Origin: Nitrospinota bacterium
GTDB taxonomy: Bacteria > Nitrospinota > Nitrospinia > Nitrospinales > VA-1
DNA: 20,432 nucleotides
Assembly (NCBI GenBank): GCA_038108555.1
Contig: JAYNIA010000028.1
Coordinates: 12,305 to 32,736 of the forward strand
Direction: 5' to 3'
In this document: piece after piece, positions 8,475 through 16,707 of the stretch
Position numbering within the stretch: the stretch's first letter is position 1
Layout of the letters: every line of letters begins with the position of its first letter
Translations under genes and position numbers: made by a program
The notes under the pieces: model-generated
Told to the model about the DNA's origin: nothing
The model's database searches: none
The model's input: only the letters and a program-made list of their open reading frames with translations

Positions 8475-9251
8475 ATGACTCTAGAACTTTCTGAATTAAA
8501 TTTGCAGGGTGGGCTCAAGGAACAGCGCAGTACAGCTGCGGCTGTGAGTGCTTCCGTCTCAAGCGAATTGAACATCAGAACCCAGGAAGGGGATCTTGTG
8601 AACCTTTCGTTTTCGAACGAGCAATCCCTTCAAGAGTCACGCACTCAAATACAATCTTCAGAATATGGCACTTATCAGGAAATCAGCACCGTTGCCAGAG
8701 CTGCTTCAAGCTACTCCATCTCAGTGCAGGGAGATTTAAATGAGGAAGAGCTGGCGGCGATCAATAAATTAGCTGCTGAAATCTCACCGATTGCGAGTGA
8801 ATTTTTTGCAAGCGGTGAATTCGATTTCGAAAACTCCGGTGATGTTCTGTCCGCCAACCTGGGGGTTATTCAGGAAGTGGAATTGGAATTAGAACGCACC
8901 ATAGTGGCTACCTTTGCTTCCAGAACGTTAACTCAAATTCCTGAAGATGGTTTTTCACCAGAAGAGCTTGAGGCGGCATTGAGTGATCCGGAATCTGCGC
9001 TTGAAACAGAAGGTGTCCGAGATTTTCCAGCCTTGGTTCAAGCAACTTTTGATGCAGTATTCGAAGCTGAAGCGGCCAAAGTTCCTGACTCAGACTCCAT
9101 ACTCCGCTCTTTAAATGACCTGTTGGATTTTATCCGCCAACGATTGGGAGAATCTTTTGGCCCGAAGAGCGTTGAACTTCCTCCGGAAGTTCCTGTCTCC
9201 AGTGATGGTGCGGCGGATTCTGTAGAGCCTTCTTCTCCTGAACTTGCTTAA
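8475..9251 (+). CDS. Acidic hypothetical protein (DUF5610-like)
   Basis: Segments LNIRTQEGDLVNLSF and YSISVQGDLNEEELAAINKL resemble DUF5610-type proteins (from memory). Very Ser/Glu-rich, with no Cys or Trp. Confidence 0.65.
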   Translation: MTLELSELNLQGGLKEQRSTAAAVSASVSSELNIRTQEGDLVNLSFSNEQSLQESRTQIQSSEYGTYQEISTVARAASSYSISVQGDLNEEELAAINKLAAEISPIASEFFASGEFDFENSGDVLSANLGVIQEVELELERTIVATFASRTLTQIPEDGFSPEELEAALSDPESALETEGVRDFPALVQATFDAVFEAEAAKVPDSDSILRSLNDLLDFIRQRLGESFGPKSVELPPEVPVSSDGAADSVEPSSPELA

Positions 9252-9309
9252 ACTTAACGGGCTTTCCATTTCTTTTAAATATAAAATTTAAGATTTTTTA
9301 AAATTCTTA

Positions 9310-9343
9310 TTGAAATTCGCCAAATAGGTGTATATACTCCTAT
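9310..9343 (+). promoter_or_regulatory. Sigma-70 promoter with an overlapping 20-bp palindromic operator
   Basis: TTGAAA(9310)-N17-TATACT(9333). The palindrome ATAGGTGTAT|ATACTCCTAT at 9324-9343 has 9/10 arm match and covers the -10. Confidence 0.78.
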
Positions 9344-9345
9344 TT

Positions 9346-9807
9346 ATGTCGAGGGGAACTAGACGCAGTTCGGGGAAAAGGAGTGAGAGGGTGCAGAACT
9401 GCACTTGTTTTAATTTGAGAAAAACTACTCGTGTGGTGACGCAACTATTTGACGAAGCTTTAAAACCTTGTGGAATTTATGCTACACAATTCACTTTGCT
9501 GGTTGCTATTTCGTCCCAGAAAAAAATTGCTATAACCGAACTATCGAAAGTTTTAGTTATGGATCGTACTACCTTGACTCGAAATTTGAAACCTTTGCAA
9601 AAAAATGGTTGGGTTGAGGTGCTCCCAGGAGAAGATAAAAGGACAAAAACGCTATCACTGACGAGCTCTGGGAAAAGGATTTTGAAGCGTGCGATGATTT
9701 ATTGGAAAAAAATTCAAGATCAGGTCGTTAGGGCCTTGGGGCAAGGAAACTGGGAATTTTTGTTGGAAAATTTAGCATCAACCGTAAAAAAGCTAAAGCG
9801 AGTGTGA
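9346..9807 (+). CDS. MarR-family transcriptional regulator (start ATG 9346 or GTG 9391)
   Basis: Motifs CTCFNLRKTTRVVTQLFDEAL, MDRTTLTRNLKPL and the wing motif EDKRTKTLSLT. Confidence 0.92.
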   Translation: MSRGTRRSSGKRSERVQNCTCFNLRKTTRVVTQLFDEALKPCGIYATQFTLLVAISSQKKIAITELSKVLVMDRTTLTRNLKPLQKNGWVEVLPGEDKRTKTLSLTSSGKRILKRAMIYWKKIQDQVVRALGQGNWEFLLENLASTVKKLKRV

Positions 9808-9822
9808 ACTTTTTTTTATTTT

Positions 9823-9842
9823 TTAAGTGTATATGCACTTAA
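9823..9842 (+). promoter_or_regulatory. Second copy of the putative MarR operator
   Basis: TTAAGTGTAT|ATGCACTTAA has 9/10 arm match and shares the GTGTATAT core with 9324-9343. It sits immediately before the RBS of the next gene. Confidence 0.75.
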
Positions 9843-9854
9843 TTGGAGGTGGGA

Positions 9855-11174
9855 ATGTCTGAGCTGAGAGTTGAATCCGGGAAAAAGCCTGCATTGTTGA
9901 GCCGGTCTGTTTCCATAGCTGCTGGGGAACTGAGACAACTGTGTTTGGAGTGTGGTGCGGATGATGCTGGTTTTATTTCAATAGGACGTCCCGAACTCAA
10001 TGAGGATAGGGAAGATATAAAGACGGCTTTTCCATCGACACGAAGTTTGATTGGTTTTATAAGTCGCATGATTCCTGGAAATATACAGGCTCCTTTGCGA
10101 TCCATCGCTAATGTTGAATTTCACAATGCGGGTAATAGTGTGGAAATTATCGCAAGAAATATACTAAAACGGCTGGCAAACAAAGGAATTCATGGGATTT
10201 ATCCCTCCATGGGTTTTCCAATGGAAATGGACCGCTATCCAGGGAAAATTTGGCCAGTATCACATAAACGTGTTGCGGAGGCAGCGGGATTGGGGAAAAT
10301 GGGTGTTCATCGGAATGTAATTCATCCTAGGTTTGGTAATTTTGTTCTTCTTGGGACAATTTTTATTGATGCAAATGTTGATGAGCAATCGTCCCCTCTT
10401 GAATATAACCCCTGTTTGGAATGTAAATTATGTGTGGCGGCTTGCCCTGTTGGTGCCATTGGGGCAGATGGCCACTTTGATTTTGCCGCCTGTATGAACC
10501 ACAATTATAAAGAGTTCATGGGAGGTTTTCAGACCTATATAAAAAAGGTTGCGCATGCGAAAAATGTACAGGGGTTACGGAAAGAAATTTCGGACGGGGA
10601 ACACGGTTCCTGGTGGCAGTCCCTCTCTTTTGGTGCGAACTACAAGGCAGCTTATTGTATGGCGGTTTGTCCTGCGGGAGAGGATGTGGTGGGTTCATAT
10701 TTAGAAAACAAAAAGAAGTTTCAACGCGATAAGTTGAAACCTTTGGTAGATAAGAAAGAGAAAATTTATGTGGTTAAAAATTCGGATGCCGAGACTCATG
10801 TCAGTCAGCGATTTCCTAATAAAACGGTGCATAATGTTGCCAATGGAATCAGACCAACATCCATAGAAAATTTTATATCAGGTTTGCCTCTTGTTTTTAA
10901 TCGTCATAAGGCAGAGGGTTTAAATTCTATTTACCATTTTCGGTTTTCGGGGTCGGAGGTGAGAAATGTAAGTATAACGATTCGTAATAAAAGTATTACA
11001 GTTGAGGAGGGGCTTGTTGGTAAGGCCCATTTAATCGTTGATGCTGATGCAAATACTTGGATACGGTTTTTGCGTCAAGAAAAAAGCCTTTTCGCAGCTT
11101 TGTTGACCCGGAAATTGCGTCTAAAAGGGGACCCGCGTTTGTTGTTGAAATTTGGAAAATGTTTTCCCATTTAA
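9855..11174 (+). CDS. QueG/reductive-dehalogenase-like 4Fe-4S protein with a C-terminal SCP2 (sterol carrier-like) domain
   Basis: QueG-like segment SHKRVAEAAGLGKMGVHRNVIHPRFGNFVLLG; cluster motifs CLECKLCVAACPVGAI and YCMAVCP; SCP2-like C-terminal IYHFRFSG...RKLRLKGDPRLL. GGAGG RBS before ATG 9855. Confidence 0.82.
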   Translation: MSELRVESGKKPALLSRSVSIAAGELRQLCLECGADDAGFISIGRPELNEDREDIKTAFPSTRSLIGFISRMIPGNIQAPLRSIANVEFHNAGNSVEIIARNILKRLANKGIHGIYPSMGFPMEMDRYPGKIWPVSHKRVAEAAGLGKMGVHRNVIHPRFGNFVLLGTIFIDANVDEQSSPLEYNPCLECKLCVAACPVGAIGADGHFDFAACMNHNYKEFMGGFQTYIKKVAHAKNVQGLRKEISDGEHGSWWQSLSFGANYKAAYCMAVCPAGEDVVGSYLENKKKFQRDKLKPLVDKKEKIYVVKNSDAETHVSQRFPNKTVHNVANGIRPTSIENFISGLPLVFNRHKAEGLNSIYHFRFSGSEVRNVSITIRNKSITVEEGLVGKAHLIVDADANTWIRFLRQEKSLFAALLTRKLRLKGDPRLLLKFGKCFPI

Positions 11175-11376
11175 TTATAAGGAGTTTATATTGTTCGAAA
11201 AATAATAAGAATCAAGAATGAAGCTGGCGTGACGAATCTTGATCAATTGTTCGCGAAAGTTTTTTCCTTAAAAAGGAAGAAAGGCCTGGTTGTTTGGATT
11301 GGGCCTGTTTATAAGACAAGGGAGAAAATAGATTAGCTTTTGTGAAGGAAGGATTGAAGATCAAATGATTGTTCTC

Positions 11377-12831
11377 TCAATCAGGTCTTTTTATAGCCAT
11401 TTTTTTTAATTTTGAATGCAGGGTCGTGGGTCTTAATCCTAGAAGCTCGGCGGCCCCATCTGCTCCGGTGATTTTCCAATTGCAAAGCTTAAGCGCATTT
11501 AAAATATTCTGTCTAATAAACAATTTCATTTCTTCGTCCGTTTGGATCTTTGATTTCCTTTCCTGCCCATTTAGGTTGAAGGTAGAAGATTTTTTTCGAG
11601 GAAAATTTTTTGCGCTGGAAAGATTGAAGTGGAGTTTTCCTAAACGGGATGTGATTATCGCCCGCTCAATAACATTTTGCAGTTCCCTAATATTGCCTGG
11701 CCAATCATAACCTTGTAGTTCTGCAATATTTCCTTTTGTAAGTTTGGGAGGGGAGATATTAATTTTTTTGGCTTCCCGTTCAACAAAATTTGCTGCTAGA
11801 ACCGGTATATCTTCTTTCCGGTCACGTAAAGGAGGGACTTCAATGGGAAAGACATTCAGACGGTAGTAAAGGTCTTGCCGGAAACTTTTTGCTTCGACAT
11901 CCTCCTTTAATGAACGGTTTGTCGCAGCAATGATTCTTACATTTGCGTGGAGGGTTTTTTCGTCGCCTATCCTTTCAAAAGTTCCTTCCTGCAAAATTCG
12001 CAATAGTTTACTTTGAAGATCTAAGGGAATCTCTCCAATTTCATCCAAAAATAACGTTCCGCCATCCGCCAATTGAAACCTTCCAGCTCTATCTTTAATG
12101 GCTCCAGTAAAAGCTCCCTTTATATGACCAAAAAATTCACTCTCGTAAAGTTCTTTTGGAATAGAAGCGCAATTGACCTTAATCATGGTCTGGCTGCTTC
12201 TTGAACTTCTATTATGGATTTCCCGGGCAACCAGTTCTTTGCCCGTTCCTGATTCACCTGTAATCAGAACATTGGAGTCTGTAGGACCTACCATTTCAAT
12301 TTGTTTTAAAATGGTTTCCAAAGCAGCGCTTTTCCCAAGGATGTCACCATAGGATTGAATATCCTGAACCTCCTCATTCAAATAGGCATTTTCCAATTCG
12401 AGTTTTTGGCGCAGATTTTGTATTTCTTCCTGGGCTTTCTTTTGTTCGGTTATATCTTTGAAAACCACTACGGCACCCAATAATTTCATATTTTTCCAAA
12501 TGGGGGTGCTGATGTATTCTACGGGGAAAGAGGTTCCATCTTTTCTCCAAAAAACTTCTTCTGAAGTTTGAAAAACTTTTCCTTTCCTAAATGCCGCATA
12601 TATAGGGCACTCTTCTTGTGGATAGCGACTGCCATCTTCCCGTGAATGATGCACCAATTCATGCTGGCATTTCCCGATCATTTCTCGGGCGGAAAAACCG
12701 GTCATTTTTTCTGCGGCAGGATTAATAAAGGTGGTTTTTCCGTTTTCATCCAGACCGTAAATCCCCTCACCGACCGATTCCAAAATGAGCTGGTTGAGAT
12801 GAAGAGCTTCGCTTTTGCCGTTCGTGTTCAT
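11377..12831 (-). CDS. PAS-domain sigma-54-dependent transcriptional activator (FhlA/NtrC-type AAA+ with HTH)
   Basis: N-terminal PAS/PAC (GIYGLD...NPAAEKMTG...RKDGTSFPVEY), then GESGTGKE, ESEFFGH, GAFTGA, GGTLFLDEIGE, WPGNIRELQN and GAAELLGLRPTTL. Confidence 0.96.
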   Translation of the reverse strand: MNTNGKSEALHLNQLILESVGEGIYGLDENGKTTFINPAAEKMTGFSAREMIGKCQHELVHHSREDGSRYPQEECPIYAAFRKGKVFQTSEEVFWRKDGTSFPVEYISTPIWKNMKLLGAVVVFKDITEQKKAQEEIQNLRQKLELENAYLNEEVQDIQSYGDILGKSAALETILKQIEMVGPTDSNVLITGESGTGKELVAREIHNRSSRSSQTMIKVNCASIPKELYESEFFGHIKGAFTGAIKDRAGRFQLADGGTLFLDEIGEIPLDLQSKLLRILQEGTFERIGDEKTLHANVRIIAATNRSLKEDVEAKSFRQDLYYRLNVFPIEVPPLRDRKEDIPVLAANFVEREAKKINISPPKLTKGNIAELQGYDWPGNIRELQNVIERAIITSRLGKLHFNLSSAKNFPRKKSSTFNLNGQERKSKIQTDEEMKLFIRQNILNALKLCNWKITGADGAAELLGLRPTTLHSKLKKMAIKRPD

Positions 12832-12865
12832 AACTTAATCCTAACAATATTAACTTAAAATCGCC

Positions 12866-12908
12866 ACGAAAATTCGTAAATAGCGAAAAATAGTTATTGT
12901 TTTTTCGC
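12866..12908. promoter_or_regulatory. Putative upstream activator sequences (CGAA/TTCG dyads)
   Basis: ACGAA-AA-TTCGT at 12866-12877 and GCGAAAAA-N10-TTTTTCGC at 12883-12908, followed by an AT-rich spacer before the -24/-12 box. Confidence 0.55.
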
Positions 12909-12961
12909 ATGATAACTTTATTAAATTATTATATTTAAATGGTTTAAATTGATTTTGGTTT

Positions 12962-12978
12962 TTGGCATGGTTTCTGCT
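12962..12978 (+). promoter_or_regulatory. Sigma-54 (-24/-12) promoter
   Basis: TTGGCATGGTTTCTGCT with GG at 12964-65 and GC at 12976-77, the canonical spacing. It is divergent from a sigma-54 activator. Confidence 0.9.
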
Positions 12979-13062
12979 CTAACCAGTTTGAGTGAAAAAT
13001 TTTAACCTAATGGCCAATACAATTGACCGCCAATTTTAACCCAAATTAGAAGGAGAAAAATC

Positions 13063-13752
13063 ATGGCACTTCCAAATCCAGGAATGCAGGTAGAAGCAAA
13101 CAACACGGCCCTTGTCGTTATCGATCCACAAAATGATTTCTTGAGTCCACAAGGTGTGACATGGGGGGTAGTGGGAGAGAACGTCCAGGAAAATAATACC
13201 GTCGAAAACATTGAGGCATTATTCAAGGCTGCAAAGGAAAATGAACTTCCCGTATTCGTCTCCCCTCATTACTACTATCCCACTGACCACGGTTGGAAAT
13301 TTGAGGGAGCGCTGGAGAAGTTGATGCACAGTATCAATATGTTCGATCGTAAGGGGCCTTTGAACCTTGAAGGTTTTGAGGGATCGGGGCCTGACTGGTT
13401 GGAACAATATAAACCCTACATCGAAGACGGAAAAACTATAGTGGTAAATCCGCATAAGGTGTATGGACCTGAAACCAACGATCTTGTTCTACAGTTGCGA
13501 AAACGTGGAATCGACAAAGTAATTCTTGCAGGAATGTCGGCCAACCTCTGTGTCGAGAGCCATTTGCGGGAATTGCTGGAGCAGGGATTTGAAGTTGCGG
13601 TGGTAAAGGACGCAACTGCCGCTGCAATAGTTCCAGAAGGCAACGGATATGAGGCCGCGATAATCAACTATCGTTATTTGGCCAACACTGTTTGGACCAC
13701 TGAGGAAGCGGTGGATCTCATTTCGCAACAAGAAGCGGCAGTAGTTTCTTAA
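13063..13752 (+). CDS. Isochorismatase-family cysteine hydrolase
   Basis: Catalytic triad in ALVVIDPQNDF (Asp), HKVYGP (Lys) and GMSANLCVESH (Cys). AAGGAG RBS. Confidence 0.92.
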   Translation: MALPNPGMQVEANNTALVVIDPQNDFLSPQGVTWGVVGENVQENNTVENIEALFKAAKENELPVFVSPHYYYPTDHGWKFEGALEKLMHSINMFDRKGPLNLEGFEGSGPDWLEQYKPYIEDGKTIVVNPHKVYGPETNDLVLQLRKRGIDKVILAGMSANLCVESHLRELLEQGFEVAVVKDATAAAIVPEGNGYEAAIINYRYLANTVWTTEEAVDLISQQEAAVVS

Positions 13753-13816
13753 TATATAAAATTCAATCGCGGTGAATTTTGTTCACCCGCGCAAAACTTG
13801 GAAAGGAAATAATAAA

Positions 13817-14179
13817 ATGAAAACGGCAATCGCAATCATGTCAGACCCGAAAAATGGATCAGAAGAATCTTTGGGGAGGGTCTTCAATGCCCTGGCTGCA
13901 GCCTACGATTTCAAAAATGCCGGGCAGGAAGTTTCAATTTTTTTTCAAGGAGCCGGTACTCGCTGGCCAGAAGTTTTAGAGGCTGAGGATCATCCCGCTC
14001 ACGAATTGTTTGAAGCGGTTTCTGATAAAGTTCAGGGGATTTCCTGTGCTTGTGCCGAGGTTTTTGGAGCCAATACTTCAGGTTATGACTTGATTAAGGA
14101 AAATTCTGTTCCAAAAACTTCCGGGCTACCAAGCTTGGTCAATCTGCAGCAACAGGGATTCAATGTCCTTACATTTTAA
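13817..14179 (+). CDS. DsrE-like protein (start moved to ATG 13817)
   Basis: Segments GRVFNALAAAYDF, VSIFFQGAGTRW and SCACAEVFG; about 120 aa. AAGGA RBS. Confidence 0.75.
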   Translation: MKTAIAIMSDPKNGSEESLGRVFNALAAAYDFKNAGQEVSIFFQGAGTRWPEVLEAEDHPAHELFEAVSDKVQGISCACAEVFGANTSGYDLIKENSVPKTSGLPSLVNLQQQGFNVLTF

Positions 14180-14188
14180 ATTCAGTTT

Positions 14189-14211
14189 CGTCCCCCGTGA
14201 ATCGGGGGACG
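14189..14211 (+). other. GC-rich intergenic stem-loop
   Basis: CGTCCCCCG-TGAAT-CGGGGGACG, a perfect 9-bp stem with no U-tract. Confidence 0.6.
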
Positions 14212-14234
14212 GACTAAATATAAAGGAAAAAATA

Positions 14235-14807
14235 ATGGCAAAAAATTTTATGGATTTCGCTTTTACTGAAAGCGTTAAAAAAGTTCAGGGGAAATATGGT
14301 ACCCGAACTGTTTACCAAAAAATGGAAAGCAAAAACGGGTTTCGAAATCAGCTTGCCTGGCAGGAAAAAAGCTTTATCAAGAACCGGGACAGTTTTTATA
14401 TGTCCTCGGTAGGGGAAAACGGTTGGCCTTATTTGCAATTTCGAGGCGGACCTAAGGGATTTTTAAAAGTTATAGAAGAAAGCACCCTGGCCTTTGCAGA
14501 TTTTCGCGGAAACGGACAATACATCAGTGCTGGAAATATCAATGCTACCCGGAAGATTGTTCTGTTTTTGATGGATTACATACAACAGCAAAGATTGAAA
14601 ATTTGGGCTGAGGCGGAAGTGCTACATTCTGCCGACCATCCTGAATTGCTGAAAAAACTAGTGAGGCCAGACTATGAAGCCACTGTAGAACGAGTATTCG
14701 TTTTCAAGGTTCAGGCTTTTGATTGGAATTGTCCCCAGCATATAACTCCGCGCTATACTAAAGAAGAAATGGAGTTGTTGCAATTGGAGCCAGTTGCATC
14801 TCTTTAA
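14235..14807 (+). CDS. Pyridoxamine 5'-phosphate oxidase-like FMN-binding protein (start moved to ATG 14235)
   Basis: Segments FYMSSVGENGWPYLQFRGGPKGF, FADFRGNGQYISAGN and AFDWNCPQHITPRYT. Confidence 0.88.
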   Translation: MAKNFMDFAFTESVKKVQGKYGTRTVYQKMESKNGFRNQLAWQEKSFIKNRDSFYMSSVGENGWPYLQFRGGPKGFLKVIEESTLAFADFRGNGQYISAGNINATRKIVLFLMDYIQQQRLKIWAEAEVLHSADHPELLKKLVRPDYEATVERVFVFKVQAFDWNCPQHITPRYTKEEMELLQLEPVASL

Positions 14808-14824
14808 AGTAAAGGAACTAACAA

Positions 14825-15062
14825 ATGATTAAGGCATTCATTGGATTTAATAAAGGGATTCTTGTCATGAAATTACCTTGGCAGATATGGATGATTCTTC
14901 TTGTAATGGTAAATATGGTTTTACCCTGGTTCTTTTCATTATTGGCTGCTAGCCGTGATCGCGTTTGATAGCATTTCGCTGGTGATTGATGTGATGGATT
15001 TTGCCCGTTATTGGATGGGTGAACGGCAACCCATTTTGACGGCGGATAACAATGCATTTTAA
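14825..15062 (+). pseudogene. Frameshifted, probably internally deleted membrane-protein gene
   Basis: AAAGGA RBS and ATG 14825 give MIKAFIGFNKGILVMKLPWQIWMILLVMVNMVLPWFF, stopping at 14966-68. The +1 frame from about 14937 gives YWLLAVIAFDSISLVIDVMDFARYWMGERQP, ending at TAA 15062. Confidence 0.65.
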
Positions 15063-15107
15063 AGTTTTAAAAATGATCTAACACTTGAAAAGGAAGGAGT
15101 GAGTAAT

Positions 15108-15839
15108 ATGACAACTATTCTTCGTATAGATGTCAGCGCACGGACAGAACGTTCCCTGACTCGAGGGCTCTCCCAGCGCTTTATCGATGAATGGCTTAGA
15201 CAGCGTCCTACCGATAAAATCATCCAGCGGGATATAGGCACTAACTCACCCCCTGCGGTCAGTGAAGACTGGATTGCTGCGGCCTTTACACCAGAAAACG
15301 AAAGAACCCATGCCCAGCAGGTCGCCCTGCAATTTTCTGATACTCTCATCGATGAAGTTGAAGGTGCAGATATCATCTTGCTCGGGGTGCCTATGTATAA
15401 CTATGGGATGCCGTCTGCGCTGAAAGCGTGGTTGGACCAGGTTATCCGTATCAACAAAACCTTTACGTTCGATTTGGCGCGCGGTGATGAGCCGCTTGAA
15501 CCCATTTTGTCTGGGAAGCAATTGGTTATTCTCACTTCGCGCGGTGAGTTTGGCTTTGAACCGGGGGGTGTGCGGGAACATAGGAATCACCTCGAACCTC
15601 ATATTCGGACTTGTTCAAAATTTCTGGGAGTCGTCGAAGATCATCTTATTGCAATTGAATATCAAGAGTTTGGAGACGAGCGGCATCGGCAATCCGTCGA
15701 AAACGCTCAGAGAGCTGTTCACAAACTGGTTGATCATCTCATTGAACAAGAGGGGGCGAAATGCAATCAAACCGAGACTGTTGCTGTTGCACAACTCACA
15801 ACCAAAGCAGATTCCAAATTGTTAAGAAAGGAAACCTGA
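15108..15839 (+). CDS. azoR: FMN-dependent NADH azoreductase/quinone reductase (AzoR/AcpD family)
   Basis: Segments ILRIDVSARTERSLTRGL, PMYNYGMPSALKAWLDQVIR and LTSRG. AGGAG RBS before ATG 15108. Confidence 0.88.
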   Translation: MTTILRIDVSARTERSLTRGLSQRFIDEWLRQRPTDKIIQRDIGTNSPPAVSEDWIAAAFTPENERTHAQQVALQFSDTLIDEVEGADIILLGVPMYNYGMPSALKAWLDQVIRINKTFTFDLARGDEPLEPILSGKQLVILTSRGEFGFEPGGVREHRNHLEPHIRTCSKFLGVVEDHLIAIEYQEFGDERHRQSVENAQRAVHKLVDHLIEQEGAKCNQTETVAVAQLTTKADSKLLRKET

Positions 15840-15895
15840 TTCCTCTCCTTTATTTTTTCAATTCAAACAAAATTCTTTAAAAAAGGAAAGGTAAA

Positions 15896-16146
15896 ATGGA
15901 TATTATCGATAACTTCACTCAAGACATTGCAGTGTCAAAGTCCGTGGGCAACCAAAAGGATTTCGATGCCATTTTATCCATCATCCAGACTTATTCTGAA
16001 GGTGGGCGTTGTGGAGATGCGCAAGTTATGACCCTTGTTCATGCATTCGATTGGAAGTGTCCACAACATATAACACTCGATACATAAAAGAAGAAGTTGA
16101 AAAAGGCTTGGTCGATTTAGATCAGAAGCTCATTGAAGCTATCTAA
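15896..16146 (+). pseudogene. Chimeric remnant: N-terminus of an NTF2/lumazine-binding-like gene fused to the C-terminus of a second PNPOx-like gene
   Basis: From about 16035 it reads VHAFDWKCPQHIT, a frameshift, then RYIKEEVEKGL...TAA 16146, matching VQAFDWNCPQHITPRYTKEE of the gene at 14235-14807. The N-terminal DFDAILSIIQTYSEGGRCGDAQVM is unrelated to PNPOx. Confidence 0.72.
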
Positions 16147-16175
16147 CTATGAGAAAAAATAGAAAGGAGATTATG

Positions 16176-16643
16176 ATGACTGACCGAGCACCATTACCAC
16201 CCTATACAGCTAAAAGTGCTAAGGAAAAAGTTCGTCTTGCAGAAGATGGCTGGAATAGCCGTAACCCTGAGAAAGTGTCTTTGGCTTATACGCCGGACAC
16301 CCATTGGAGAAACCGTTCTACTTTTGTTAACGGAAGAGAGGAGGTTGTAAAGTTTTTAAAGGCCAAGTGGGAAAAAGAACATGACTACCGCTTGATTAAG
16401 GAGCTATGGGCGTTTGGAGGAAATCGGATTGGCGTGCGCTATGCTTATGAATGGCATGACGATAGTGGAAACTGGTTTCGGTCCTACGGTAACGAAAATT
16501 GGGAGTTTGACGAACAGGGCCTTATGAAAAACCGTTTTGCCAGTATCAATGATTTGCCAATTAAGGAGTCTGACCGTAAATTCCTTTGGCCACAAGGTCG
16601 CAGACCCGATGATCATCCCTCTCTTAGTGATTTAGAGTTGTAA
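16176..16643 (+). CDS. DUF1348-like NTF2/SnoaL-fold protein
   Basis: Segments RAPLPPYT...[47 protein letters not shown] and [17 protein letters not shown]. Confidence 0.88.
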   Translation: MTDRAPLPPYTAKSAKEKVRLAEDGWNSRNPEKVSLAYTPDTHWRNRSTFVNGREEVVKFLKAKWEKEHDYRLIKELWAFGGNRIGVRYAYEWHDDSGNWFRSYGNENWEFDEQGLMKNRFASINDLPIKESDRKFLWPQGRRPDDHPSLSDLEL

Positions 16644-16707
16644 AATTTATAATGGGTACTAATATTGTTTAAAGGACTCTAATTTTCTCAATAAAGGATA
16701 CGTAGTT

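Noticed and set aside
9855..11174. Assigning the symbol queG or rdhA
   Set aside because: The SCP2 fusion, the missing Cys, the absence of a Tat signal or rdhB anchor gene, and the MarR context do not support either orthology.
11175..11376. AAGGAG followed by TTG at 11191, a possible small ORF
   Set aside because: The frame closes after four codons, and no supportable coding region was found.
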